Shown: positions 49,832 to 61,947, counted from the first letter of the whole stretch. The stretch is 61,947 bases of DNA, filler included, from Rhabdomonas costata (GCA_019059605.1; 27 parts of 27 records of this genome joined end to end with filler, not necessarily neighbours in it), one strand, 5' to 3'. Made by a program: numbers and translations. Notes: generated from the letters alone by a model not told the origin.

Positions 49832-51149
49832 CGCCGTTCTTGGCTGCTGCATAAATAACGATGTAATAACAATACAATCGGCGCTGACACCACTCGGATG
49901 GAGCCGCTGCGTCAGCTTTCTTATCTTTGCCTACACGACGTTACGAGAAGCAAAGCAACCACGGAAAGGCCAATACAAGCCTAAATTGTACGCCCTTTGT
50001 GGTTCCCGTGTTTCTCTGTACCGCCCCCACATTATCCGGTTTTCACCCCTTTTCGTCACTTTTTTGCTTGGGGGTGGGGTTGCTTTTTGCTGCTGTGCTC
50101 CATCTTGCATGGCTTTTGTTGTGGGGCAGGGGTTGATGAAGAGAGAAGGGCAGAGTATCGGATTGATTCAAGTTTTGCATGCAAGTTTTGCATGTGTATC
50201 AATTCGACAAGATTCAAGTCACTTGAGCAAGCGACGCGAAAACTAACGCAAGGCAACCTTATTTTTACAAGCAGTAAACTAAAAATTTAGGTCGCTTGAT
50301 GACCTCCAGATGATTGAACAGGAAGTCCGCTTCCGTTTGCTAAGTAAGGGGAACGCAGCGCTCGAGTCAGGGTTAAACAGGGTTCTCCTATCGCCCTGAA
50401 CACGTTAATTTGAATGAGCGGAACCCCGAAAAACAGCTCCCAACATCAAAGGAGAGCAATCAATCCAAGAGGTNNNNNNNNNNNNNNNNNNNNNNNNNNN
50501 NNNNNNNNNNNNNNNNNTTAATTAATTAANNNNNNNNNNNNNNNNNNNNNNNNNNNNNNNNNNNNNNNNNNNNGGGTGGGTGTGCCAGTGAACATAAAAC
50601 ACAAAGTTCTCTGATTCTAAGGCGAGCACCGCGCAGAAGTCGCAAAAAAAAAGTCTCCAGAGCAGCTGTAAACCGAAGCACTTCGATCACTCCGGTGCCA
50701 GCATGGAGTATTCGTGGACCCCGGATCTTAGTAATGCTAAGCAGGCCCGATAGCTTACGCTCTGTATGCCCTTTCCAGCTCATTTAAAATGCAAAAAATC
50801 CTCCAAAAGCTCCGAAATGGCTTAAAATGGTCTCTTAGAAAGCTGCCAACTAAAGCATTCTGGACCTCTCCGGTGCAAGCGCAACGTACTCCTACTTTTT
50901 GGCCCCAACCGACCAGTCTCGTTCAAGCTATGCATCCGGGCCAGGTTATTCGGCCCCAAGAATTGGGTGAAGATTTGAACCAAAGTGGTGGTGGTCCGAA
51001 GGTCTTCAGAGGAGGATAGATGCTGCTGGAAGACCCCCACCCCCACCCCACCATCACCACCAAGAACACACACGTACACTTAAGCAAACTGACTTTTGCG
51101 GAGACAAAACAACGCAATCACGTCAACAGGCAATTTGCCATCCCCGCCC

Positions 51150-52380
51150 TTGCCAGCTTCACAGGACGCTTCGCGATACACTCTCCGCTATGCCCCGGGC
51201 ATGACTCCAGCCCAGCCAGCCCGCACCCCGCTGCAGAATGCCGGTAGCACAGTAGCCGGCATCCCCTGCCTCAGCACAACTAAAGCAAAAGGGTACAGCT
51301 ACCATTTTTGGCCGGATAACCGTGGCGCCGCACAAAACACCAGCCGCCATGAGGCAGGCCACGAGCTCCTGCTCTCCTTCCGCACGACAGAGCCGTAGCT
51401 TGGCAGCCAAACCCGCAAGGAACGACTCAAGGGGCAACTCCAGGTGCGGTGTAGTGTACCACTTTGTGGCATCACCAGGCCATGCAAAATGGAGTAGGTA
51501 CGCGGATCGTGCCAATCTGGCCACGTTCGAATGTCCCCGTTCCTTGCCGGTTAGCATCCGTACGGTACGCGAGCAGGGCTTTCACTTTGACATTAATGCT
51601 CCAGTCAAGCCGAAGCTCCAGGCATCGTGCAGTGCGGCCTCCCCGCTCAAAGACTACAGGCAACATCAAGAGATCCGACAAAGCGGCCGCCAGAGAGTGA
51701 CGATACTCCTGATTCTACGGTTCACGCAGCACCACCAACATCCCTGTACCGCGCGCAGTGTACCCTTAATCAGCTGGGCAGGCCGGGGGCACTCAAGTTC
51801 TCTGCCGCGGTGGTCACCAGCCGTCCCATCCTTGGAGATTGCGAAGCAAGGCTGCCGTCGCGTTCTGCCCTGCGTCGTTCCCATCCAGAACTCGACCGCC
51901 TCCAGTACAGCCTCTCGTGGGTGTTGAGGAAACAACCAGAGACATCGTGCTCATCACAACCCCACCAGTTCGTTGTTTGGGAAATTTGGGGGAGGAATTT
52001 GGCGGAGCCATTTCTGGCTGCCCCGAGTGCAGCCACATCGGAAGGTTGTCCGGCTGCTTCTACATGACTAGAAGCCGGGCTTCTCCGACCAAAATGGCCA
52101 ACAATCGAGCCACCTTTCGAAGCGCTACCCGCATTGGGCGAATCGTTACCACTGGGACAGCAACACTGCGAATTGATCGGAAATGCCACACAAAAAGGAG
52201 TGACAAAAGACCGGGACAGGAGGGAGGTTACCATACGTCAAACGTTCTGAGGTGAGCCGGTTCCCCACGGCGCCGATCGCTTCGAAGATATCTCTCGCGT
52301 GGCCAACAGCGCCTGCGCCCGTCAATCCACAGCGGTCACCAACAGTCAAAGTCAGGCAGAGTGCGCTATGCGACCAACAC
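51150..52380 (-). mobile_element. Degenerate divergent reverse-transcriptase-like remnant (possibly Penelope-like)
   Basis: Intron-free, protein-like frames broken by shifts and stops: HFRSI..RPMRVALRKVARLLAILV..LPMW, EHDVSGCFLNT, PREAVLEAVEFW..FAISKDG and KWYTTPH..ESFLAGLAAKL. D-V-x-x-C-F resembles RT motif 3. No intact YxDD was found. Confidence 0.4.
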
Positions 52381-53900
52381 ACGTACACAAATACGCACAC
52401 GCACACAGATACACGCACCCATACTTTCTCTCCCTACCTGAGCATTGGATTCTCTCCTCTTATATTTCCCTCTGTCACTTTTCCATCATCCCCCGCTGGT
52501 GCTGCGCAGGAATCGGCCCCGGCTTTCCCGCAGACGTCACCCAAACCACGCCCCGTGATGACCCCCCGCCGGCTGCGGCCGCAGAGGACGGCAGCCCGGT
52601 GAAGCCCAGCAACGGGCCCTCCTCCTCAGAGAATGGCTCCGCCCCGCTGAAACCACCGGTGTTCCCCGAGCGCACCGGGGGCAACGTGCTGGGCGCGTGC
52701 TCGGTGTGCATGAATGTCGGCGCGGCAGGGGGAGCTGCCCCTGTGTCGGGCCGACATTCACACACCCCNNNNNNNNNNNNNNNNNNNNNNNNNNNNNNNN
52801 NNNNNNNNNNNNTTAATTAATTAANNNNNNNNNNNNNNNNNNNNNNNNNNNNNNNNNNNNNNNNNNNNTCCTTCCTCTGGCATTCTGGAAGCTGAAAGGT
52901 AATAGTGCATTTTTATCATTTTTCTCGAGATTGCGGGCGCTCTGTGCGGGAGCCAGCAATGACTTTGAGAGGGCCCTGTAGCCTTTTATGGCTTTCCCAC
53001 CAATTGCCCCCCCTCCCCCCGGTGCACTGCATTTTCAAGGGACGTTACCTTAAACACATCAGATGGCTGAACGTTTAACCGATTAACAACGTTTAGCGAT
53101 ATAACGCTGTTGAGCGGCATGGTACGAGACTGGAAATTCGGTGACCTTGCTCGGGAAGGGAGGTTAACGGTTTCCCAGAGATGACACGCTAATGCTACAG
53201 AGTTGTTTTATTGGCGATGGTCATCGCCGCAGCCGGCCGAAGTGGCCCGCCGCGAAGAGCGGCTGAGGTGGGAATGTTGCCCATGCGTTTCCCACTGCGT
53301 GTTCATCTGAACCGTTTGTTGTGCAATTGCCAAGCAAGTCTGAGCGCGCCGACGTAGTTTGGTTAAAGACCGTTTACCGACGTGAAACGTCTAATTGTCG
53401 TAATAATCATTTTTCACGGCGTGTTTTAGCTTCTGTACAGTTGTTCTATTTGCTTCCCTTGTTGCTCTTGGTCTTCGTGGTATCCTTTTGCACGCTTTGC
53501 TCAACAAAAGGCGCGGACATATAATTTTGTTGGGGAAATACTGAATCTTTGTTTCGATTTTACCCGGACAATGAACACTCTGCTATGCCTTGCAAGAGCA
53601 TCTCCTTGCTGACGGGTTGTTGCAACCTGTTGAAACTGTGCTTGATTCCCAACTGCATTCCCCTTGCTCATCTGCCAAAGCTTGCTCAGTACTGCGGTGT
53701 TAACTGAACAGCAATCTTTAGCCCTCCTTGCTCAGCTTTGACGTATCGACACCTTTGCGCGTGTTGTTTCTTGACACCTGGAATACCGTTCCTGCTTAGT
53801 ACCGAAGTTCATTTTGCTTTTTTTTTTTGCCAACGCGGTGGATTTACACGCTTGCGGTTCTGGCCCTTTGCCAAGAGAGAGCGCACGCATACATTCTCAG

Positions 53901-54592
53901 GCACACCGATCTCACCTGTGCTGCGTACGAGGAAGATCGCCAGCGGGGCGAGACCGCAAATCAGGACTTCTTGAGGCGCGAGACAAAGCCCTGCCCGGAG
54001 TGTGGGGCGGCCATTCAGAAAAACGACGGCTGTGACCACATGACCTGCAAACCGCCAGGCATGGCTGAGGCCCCGTTGCGTCGCCCCGTCGCACATCACA
54101 TGTTGCACTGTGGGGTCGATTTCGTTGCTCCTGCCTTTTCCACCTCGCGACCTGCAGGAACGTTTCGGGAGTAATAAACCAGAATTAGTTCCGATGGTTG
54201 TGGTGTTGCGACATTCTGCCCAAACTGTGGAGTCTGGGACCCGTCTTAGGTCACAGCTATTGGAGTCTTATGCTTGACAGTTTCTCCGAATTCGGCGGGT
54301 GCACATTGCAGCCTTAGTGAAGGACGCGGTGACGTCTTCTTTTTCACCCCATGCCGTTACTGTGCGATTTCTTCATTGTTGACGAACTCTAAGGCGTGGA
54401 TCAATTCATGTCCTGGTGGAAACCCGGTCCTTCAAATTGCTTGACTCAGGTGGTTGTGGGCATGAGTTTTGCTGGAGGTGCCTGGCCCCGTACGCGAAAA
54501 TCCTGCGGCGAGGCAACCATCACCACCAGCCCACCTGCATTTACTACGCCGAGTTCGCCAGCGACGGCGAAGATGATGGGGGCGAGGAGTAA
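53901..54592 (+). CDS. RBR (Ariadne-like) E3 ubiquitin ligase RING2/Rcat domain, last two exons
   Basis: Exon 53901-54058 reads HTDLTC..TKPCPECGAAIQKNDGCDHMTCKPP and exon 54450-54592 reads GGCGHEFCWRCL..*. They are joined by a GC-AG intron. Confidence 0.92.
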
Positions 54593-55164
54593 TGGTCAAG
54601 GCTCTATGCCGAGCGTGCCTCCATCCCCCCCACCCCGCTTCCGGGAGGGGGTATCCGGGGCTCGGATCGCGTTCCTTTTAAGAAAGGTTTTTTGTATGCG
54701 GGTAGCTGTGTTTCGCGTTTTTCTCTTGCTCGGGGACCAGGTCACCTTCTTCACTGGTTTTATGTTTCTCCCCGCTCCCTCCGCCGCCCACTCGATGCTC
54801 TTCCGAAGATTCAATCGGTATCTTGCGAAGGGCTTTTGGGCGCTGCTTTGTTTGCTTCCCTGGCCTTTGCAATCCACCTGGACGTTGTCACCGCATTGGC
54901 GTTCCCCTTTCCATATCCTCAGTCTCCGCAGAATCCTGGCATATCACTGCGTCTCGGTGACCAGCCAGCCCAAGGCGGGCCAAATTTGGAGCTGCTGTCC
55001 CCACTGCGCCACAATCTGCTGTCAAAGAGCGAGATGCGAGATGCGATGAGCCTACACAACACAANNNNNNNNNNNNNNNNNNNNNNNNNNNNNNNNNNNN
55101 NNNNNNNNTTAATTAATTAANNNNNNNNNNNNNNNNNNNNNNNNNNNNNNNNNNNNNNNNNNNN

Positions 55165-56701
55165 GTTGGGGTGGCCACCCATGGTTCAGGTAGAACAGCA
55201 GAGTGAGCCTGCGGTTATCAGGGGGCCCTGGGTTGTCGTAATGCCACGGGAAGCACCCCCCGCCGGCGGTGATGTGGGCGATCTTCATGGTGTACGACGC
55301 AGGCAAGGTGCGGAGCTGCAGCCTGGGGAGGATGCCGTTGAGGTGGGCGGCGAGTTGGTAGCAGTTCCAAAACAGCTCGTCCAGCTCTGATGGTGGTGGT
55401 GGTTGCCATTGATCATAATTATGGGCACGTGTGGGTAGGGGGCAAGAGAGGGAGAGAGAGGGAGGCCTTCAACACACTTGAAAACCTTTCCATCTAAGAT
55501 GTGCTTGCATATGCGGAGAGGAGGGCCGTGTGCAAGAAAAAGAAGAGGCAGTGACGAAGGTGCAGGAAAACGGCTGGGTATACACAAGCGCCTTGGTGGC
55601 AGTTCGTGGGAGAACGAAAATGATGAAAATGGATTCCAACAGTACCCACACATTCCTATTGCAAGGCGACCCAGGGACCATGGCAACAGTCACAGGGGCG
55701 TTTCATTTGCAAAATTACAGATGTCTCAGAAACACCCACCAACTGGAGGAGACATACTTGTCAAATCACACGCACATACACGCGCGCGCACACACACACA
55801 ACCACCACCACCACCACAATCACAGGGAGAAAGGGATACAACTGAAGGCAGCAGCCTGCACGCCGACCTGGAAGCTTCTCCCTCAGCGAGGCGTGGTGCA
55901 GGTCGACCTCGAAGACGTTGGGCTTAGAGACGTTGAACGGCCTACCCTCTGGATCCAGCACCCTGATCTGGTTGGGCAGCATCAAGCCCTTGCTGTGGGC
56001 CCACTGAATCTCCGCCCGCAGCGCATGGGCCCAGCCCTCACCCAGCGCGTTGTCCACCACTGGAAGGGGAACGTACCAAAATCAGAATTTTACGGTGCCA
56101 TGTGACATCCGACGCGACAGGTGTATTGAATAATTGATAATTAATAATTAAGTGAGGAATGCAAAAGGAAATTTTGCCAGTGCTAGCACAATGAGGGACG
56201 CGTAGAGATTAACCGCATTTATCAGCAGGAAACCTTCATTTGTTGAAGTTATCGCTCTCGGATAAGACTGGCTAAAATGTTCCGTGACTCATGTTTTTGG
56301 GGAGTGCACTTGAGGTAGAGTTTCGTGCAAATGCTTTTCATTGGGGAGAGGCCAGAACTCGCATCCGACAGGGCGTTGACCGCCAAACAAACTGCCCTGC
56401 AAAGCTGTTCCAAGAATATAGGGTGCGGCGGAGGCACCCCCACCGTATTGGCAACCATGATACAAAAACCTGCAAACCCGTCCGAAACCAAGCTGTCTGC
56501 TACGGCAGGGGTGAGCTTCTCCAGCAGGCGGGGGTAGTCCCTCTCATAGGGCATGGGATACTCTCCATCGAAACAACAAGAATCGTTGTTGCCCTCCAGC
56601 GCCTTCACCTCCTGCTCAATCTTTGGTGACGTCTGTGGGCATGCCACCGTTGAGGAGGGGCAATCATTGCTTTGCGCCGCCCGAGAGCATTCACAGGCCA
56701 T
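55165..56701 (-). CDS. 2OG-Fe(II) oxygenase, EGLN/prolyl-4-hydroxylase-like, partial, 3 exons
   Basis: Exons ..56470 (DSLVSDGFA), 56059-55868 (VVDNALG..LRAEI..KPNVFEVDLH) and 55386-55165 (GGCFPWHYDNPGPPDNRRLTLLFYLNHGW) contain the HxD motif and are GT-AG in phase. The start codon is uncertain. Confidence 0.88.
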
Positions 56702-57462
56702 TTGGGCCCGAACAGGTCGCAACCAACGAGAAATATCCAAAGGAGGAGATAATAGGGCCTGGGACGCACACCACATAACCCATGGCGCAAACGCTGGGGA
56801 GGCCGTGAATTGTGAATTGGACGCCACTCACTCGCAGAGGAGATAGGTGACCGTTGGAACTCTTTTTGACTCCGAGGATTCCCCCCCCCATTAATGGGTC
56901 ATCTCGGGATCGGGATCAGGATTGTCGTCATCTTCGTTCCTCGTTCCAGCCAGTTTGTGCGATGTCCAAACTAGGTCCAACCCCAAGGTGTTTCAGTTGA
57001 ATCGGCAATGAGGGCAATGCTTTACTGAGCCCGTGTGCTTCGAACACAGGACACGAGGCCCATGGCTTTTCTGGCCATTTTCTGTACGAGGTTCCTGTTC
57101 AAATCCTGCCCTGAGCATTTTTTTTTGCTCCTTCTGATTCTGCTGCTTCTCAGGCATACCCAAAAACCAAGAGTTTCGCTCAGTGTTTTCATCAATGGAT
57201 CGCCACGTACAAGAGTACAGTCACAGAGGGACACCTGAACCGCCTCGGGCCCCTTCCTCTCCACGCCAGCGTAAATTACCACAATTTCCACAGGGGTCCA
57301 AGTAACATTCGATGATGCACACGACGACGACGACTTGTTCCAAAAGACGACACACCCACCNNNNNNNNNNNNNNNNNNNNNNNNNNNNNNNNNNNNNNNN
57401 NNNNTTAATTAATTAANNNNNNNNNNNNNNNNNNNNNNNNNNNNNNNNNNNNNNNNNNNNGG

Positions 57463-57622
57463 GTATTGCCTGCAGTGAGCCTCTCGCACTCGACTACCAC
57501 ATCATTTCCTCCCTTTTCAACCAGTTGAAAACAAAGCTCGGAAAGACTATGGCGGTGTTTGAAACTGGTTGAAAAGGGAGGAAATGATGTTGTAGTCGAG
57601 TGCGAGAGGCCCACTGCAATAC
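57463..57622. mobile_element. MITE-like long inverted repeat (about 160 bp)
   Basis: 57471-57526 and 57563-57618 are reverse-complementary with 2 mismatches. An outer gtattgc/gcaatac extension has a 4-nt indel. Confidence 0.55.
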
Positions 57623-57831
57623 GGTCAAACTCGCACAAAACTAACTACCTCGTTCATAGTGAATGGCGTGCACCCAGGTAAAGGTTCAGAACGACTGAAA
57701 CATAAAGCAAATCCATTGCCATCATAAATTACAAATGGCGCCTAATTGGGAGGGATACCAAATAAAACCTCGGTGCTAAATATTCTCACCGTTATCATCG
57801 TTCTAACCGTTCGTTGTTGAGGTGAAGTTAC

Positions 57832-58980
57832 CACCAAATCCAGAGACGCGCACCATTGGAGACGCAGCCTCCGCCATTCACTGCGGTAATAACTGGCTGA
57901 GGCAGCGCTGTCGCGACAAGGACGCCGACACGCGACACCACTGCCACCTCAAGCCCCGCCCACGGCACAGTGAAGTGGTAGCACAAGCTGAATTTCGCGG
58001 GAGCAGTGGCCAGCACCACAGAGCCCGCCACGGCCGTGGAGTTGAAGGTTGGAGGCAGGAGGGATGCCCATACGGCAGAGCCGGGGGTGCTCACCCAGCA
58101 GGTGCTTCGCAGCTGCACACTGATCTGGTCAAGGGCGGGAGTGAGAGATGTGGGAGTGAGTGATTGAGAGTGTCAACGAACGCGCACAAAAATGGTAGTG
58201 GGACGGAGTGGTGGTAATCACGTTCAGAGGCGGTTATCATTAGTAGTGGTGATCGTAAAACCACTCGTTATGAGCGAACGAATTGCGTGGCGAGAGTAAC
58301 ATTTGCCTTTGCTGTGTATCGAAGCCCTGTCTGCAACGCTCAGATTCCCACTCACGAAGCATCAGATTTATTCTCCAACCATCCCACTGCGAATCAAGTG
58401 AAGTAGTGAAGACCATTGCGAATCGGTAGGTATCCATCCGGACGCAAGCAGCCAGGTGGGCTCCTGCCAACATATCCCCCCTCCACTCCCACGGTATGTC
58501 TCTCGTACCCCTGAGAGACCAAGAGCAGTTTGAGGGATCAGCCGTATTCATCACTACTACTGCTGATCATGATGACACCGCAAAGACATTGCTTAAGGAA
58601 CATCACCCTGAGCGGGTGTGAAGATTAAACACTAGACGCGGTAGACCGTCATATGGATTCTAGCCGATTTCGGTGCCTGACTGAGAAAGGTGTGTGTGTC
58701 TCTCCGACAAACAAGGCGCAACACGCGACACAAATACACTCCCTAACATAATGCACGGCGAAAGCGCTTCCCTCACCTGGTCGGTGCTCGGGATTAGCCC
58801 CAGCCCTGAAAACCCCACCTCCACCCGCATGTTGGCCACGGCAGAGCCCCAAAACTGCGGCAGCAGCCAAGGCGGAGGTTCAGCGACAGGCGCCGCAGCC
58901 ACGCTGAGCGTGGCTGGGCCCCAAGGGAGTACAGTCAACTCGCCAAGTCCCACACAGCTCACCTCAGAGCTGCCCAGCCG
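57832..58980 (-). CDS. Beta-rich (Ig/IPT-like) putative surface protein, two internal exons
   Basis: Exons 58980-58777 (..VEVGFSGLGLIPSTDQ|gtgagg) and 58124-57832 (ISVQLRSTC..FSLCYHF..PQPVITAVNGGGC) join in phase 0. Confidence 0.55.
58641..58680 (+). repeat. Interspersed intronic repeat (copy also at 31678-31717)
   Basis: The two copies are 37/40 identical and lie on unrelated contigs, both inside introns. Confidence 0.8.
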
Positions 58981-61947
58981 CTGAGCGGCAGAGGAGCTCC
59001 ACCCCTCCGCAAGAGTCGCGGCGCAAATCTAAACGCGAAGGAACCCCGTCAAAATTCAACGTGCCCAGCGTTCCAGTCATTCTCACCCACAGTGGAAAGC
59101 TCATGTGTGGGCCACACGGCGCACACAGCCCCTCCGCAATAACAATGAGACTGCCCGGAACCAATGCAAAAAACGAGGGGAAATACCACTTCGAATGTCA
59201 AGTTTTTGCAGACTTTATGCCTTTCCTTTCCTTCGCAAACATTACCCCCCGTGGCAAGCGCATCCCGAACATCTGGCAAGTGGTGTCTAGTAGCGAACAA
59301 GCAACATGGCTGAATTATTTCTCGGAAACCCAAACTCTCGAAACGTCATTTTAAAGGCCCTTTTTTGTGCTATTGCACATGGCAAGGTGAATCATTGGAC
59401 CTTACAATTCAGACACTCTACAGGCATATCATGTCCGACGGATCCACTTTTCTTTTCTTGCAATGGTAGTGCTTGTATCACAGCATATGGCACTGTTGAA
59501 GGTGTCCTTACTCCCTCCCAGTGATCCCGGAAACCACCCGGCTACTAATGGCATCCCCTTTTGCGCTTTGTTTGTGGTGCAATGAAAAGATGCATTTCGT
59601 AAAAGCAAAACAAAAACGGCCCAAAAACTTGACATTCGAAGTGGTATTTCCCNNNNNNNNNNNNNNNNNNNNNNNNNNNNNNNNNNNNNNNNNNNNTTAA
59701 TTAATTAANNNNNNNNNNNNNNNNNNNNNNNNNNNNNNNNNNNNNNNNNNNNGGTGTGGAGACGCCATTTACTTCCACTGTGCGGTTTTGAGATGTGTGA
59801 GTGTTGAGTGCACGTAAAGATTTGGTCAGACAATGAGAAGTAGAGCCCCGGAAAAGAGGAAGGTCCTGAAGCGGAGCAGAACGGTAGTGCGGCTGCGTTG
59901 GGTCAAAAACGGATTGGGCTGAAGCGCTGCTGTTCTGCCGTCGAGGGACATGGCCTGCAGGCCTTGCAGTGGTGGTGTTGATTAAACAGGCAGATAAGTG
60001 AAGTTGCGGCTGGCGAGTGGACGCTTTTTTTTTTCGCTTTTTATTTTTTTTTGGCTGTTTCAAAGGCGTTGTATGCGCCAAAGAAGGGGCAGGCAGATAT
60101 GCGGATAGGCGATGGTCCGCGGCCTGCAACAGGACTCATCCAAGCACCAGACACTGACTTTCTTCTCTTTCTTCTCTTTCAGTAAGCAGACAAAGCTGAA
60201 TGCACACACGCCACCCTTTAGAAACGCGCGGTGCCTTCTACTGATAGCGATGCGTGCATCGTCAATCGCTTGGGCCAGTCAGGTTCCTGAAAACGGCGTA
60301 TTTTAGGAGTCACAACGGCATCCAGCGGTTTCATGCTACCCCACTTGTCGCTAGGCTGGGACATACTGTTAGGCTGAAGTGCCGAAAAGCAGCGCATACC
60401 CTTGAGGCCAGTGCTTCGCTTTTATGTACAATCTGGAGGTGGTGCGAAGGCAGCCGACCGATGGGTATGCTACGGCAGGGGGGGGGGTGATGAATTCTGA
60501 ACTGAGATTCCTCCCGCATCGCTCCACTCCAGTGTGTGCTCTATCATCAAGAAAGTGGGCAGTCACGGGATTCCGGCCACGGTCACATTCAAGCACATAC
60601 CCCCATGACCACACAATGGGGTGGTTGGTGATAAAATGGGGAACCAAAGATAACGACCTTGTCTCTTCTCTTAAGTCAATACAATGCCAAACCTCACGCG
60701 CATCATTGTTGCCCCGAAAGCATGAAATGCAGGGCTGGGGGCTTGCACGTTTTGAGTCTAATCCGGGGGAAATCTTGCAAACATCGCATTTGCAGAGCCG
60801 TCAGCAGTCAATCTGGACATTGCTGAATCAGACAAAGGGTTTTAGGGAATGCCGGTTGCCTTGTGCCCGTGGGAGTTTCAGTGAGAGAGTGTACTGTCAG
60901 CCATGGGGAGAGGACCGATACTCAATCGCCAGGTGCTCCCTGTTCAGAGACAAGTGAAAGAGCACTCCTCGCAGACAAAGCTTCGAGTCGCAGTCGCGTC
61001 GCGTCGCAGAACGTCGCTCACTGAAAACAAAAAAGAACACACTATGCACAATGGGAGCATGTTAGGATCGGCGCAGAAAGCTCAGCAAAGCGAAGAGTCG
61101 GGAGGTGGTACTCCGCGCTTGCCCAGTCCACGGCCAAATGACCTCAGTGACACCTCAGAGCACCAAGGGCCACGCAGAAGACACATTGCTTTTGGTAAAA
61201 ATAGGGCATTCAAAAAACGCAGTCAGTGACGTGTAGGCCGATTGGTTCCACCCCTCTTCAAACCAAGCAGAACGCACACATCGGGGGCGAGAAAAGACAA
61301 ACCAAAACGGCGAAGTTCCTTCACATCGAATTCAAGAAGCGAGTATGATGTCCTATTCTTTCGCATCGCTATCGAGAAGCAGAACAAAGAGGACGCTTTA
61401 CGGTGGTGGTAGTGGTCGTGGTGAAAAGGCGACGCGGGTGACAAAACTTCATCGATCGCACATGGGAAACCAAAAGAAAAGCGCCAGCCAGGTGGGCAGC
61501 AAAAAGTTCTCACCAGTTGTCACAAATGCAGAACCCCTTAAAGCGAAGAGTAATTCCAGAACAACAAATACAACTATTGATCCCATTCCTCGTTTCCATA
61601 AAAAAGAACGTTCACAAAATACGGCACGCTACAATGACAAGGGAAAAGGAGACAGCGAAGGAAGCGATAAGACCGGAAAGCTTTCCGGCGTTGTTGACAG
61701 TGACAAGCAACACAGGCTGCAAAAAGTTCCTCTCTGCGAGGAAAATCGGTGAAACAAAGAAGAGAAAAACAAACCAAACCGCCAAGAAGGAACAGAAAAT
61801 CAAGAACAACGGTGCAAGAATCTATCAATAAACCTCCAGCACTCGGAGGAATAAAAACGTTAAATCTGCAGTGTGGTCAGCGTCAGCGTCGGTCGAACTC
61901 TGTGCAGAACAAGGAATACCGGTCACACAAGCGCTAAACACAAAAAA

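Noticed and set aside
48713..50290. Long ORFs 48713-49213 and 49530-50246
   Set aside because: They show no domain signal, and one runs through a microsatellite. They are likely chance frames or unassignable exons.
13793..58980. Euglenid-type non-conventional introns
   Set aside because: Every junction I could constrain by homology fits GT-AG or GC-AG, and none showed convincing end-to-end pairing. They cannot be excluded without transcripts.
59753..61947. ORFs in the last contig, including 60424-60957
   Set aside because: No recognisable motifs or consistent exon structure.
1..61947. tRNA, rRNA, SL RNA, snRNA, CRISPR arrays or a multi-gene operon-like system
   Set aside because: No such sequence was recognised by eye, and contig concatenation makes any cross-contig system unsupportable.

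Overview
This window is not contiguous DNA. It is 27 short contigs (about 2.2 kb each) joined by 26 artificial 100-bp linkers (N44-TTAATTAATTAA-N44), so adjacency across linkers has no biological meaning. The contigs come from an intron-rich eukaryotic nuclear genome with short exons and GT-AG plus some GC-AG introns. The UDP-glucose pyrophosphorylase resembles the trypanosomatid type, so a euglenozoan (euglenid- or diplonemid-like) source is my inference. Most six-frame ORFs are spurious. Hand-splicing recovered phase-consistent gene fragments for UGPase, RFC3, UBFD1, a PRKCSH/MRH protein, an aldo-keto reductase, an RBR E3 ligase, an EGLN-like 2OG oxygenase, a two-component receiver domain, a degenerate class III cyclase, an ADP-ribosyltransferase-ankyrin fusion, a possible septin-like GTPase and several surface or hypothetical proteins. 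Also present are an intronless frameshifted DASS-transporter pseudogene, a decayed Ty3/Gypsy pol, a second divergent RT remnant and MITE-like or interspersed repeats. Contig ends show whole-genome-amplification signatures (G/T-only 5' ends, A/C-only 3' ends, fold-back chimeras). No multi-gene novel system can be supported. The best leads are the ART-ankyrin protein, the septin-like fragment, the DASS pseudogene and an apparently high GC-AG intron rate. All family calls come from motif recognition, not database searches.
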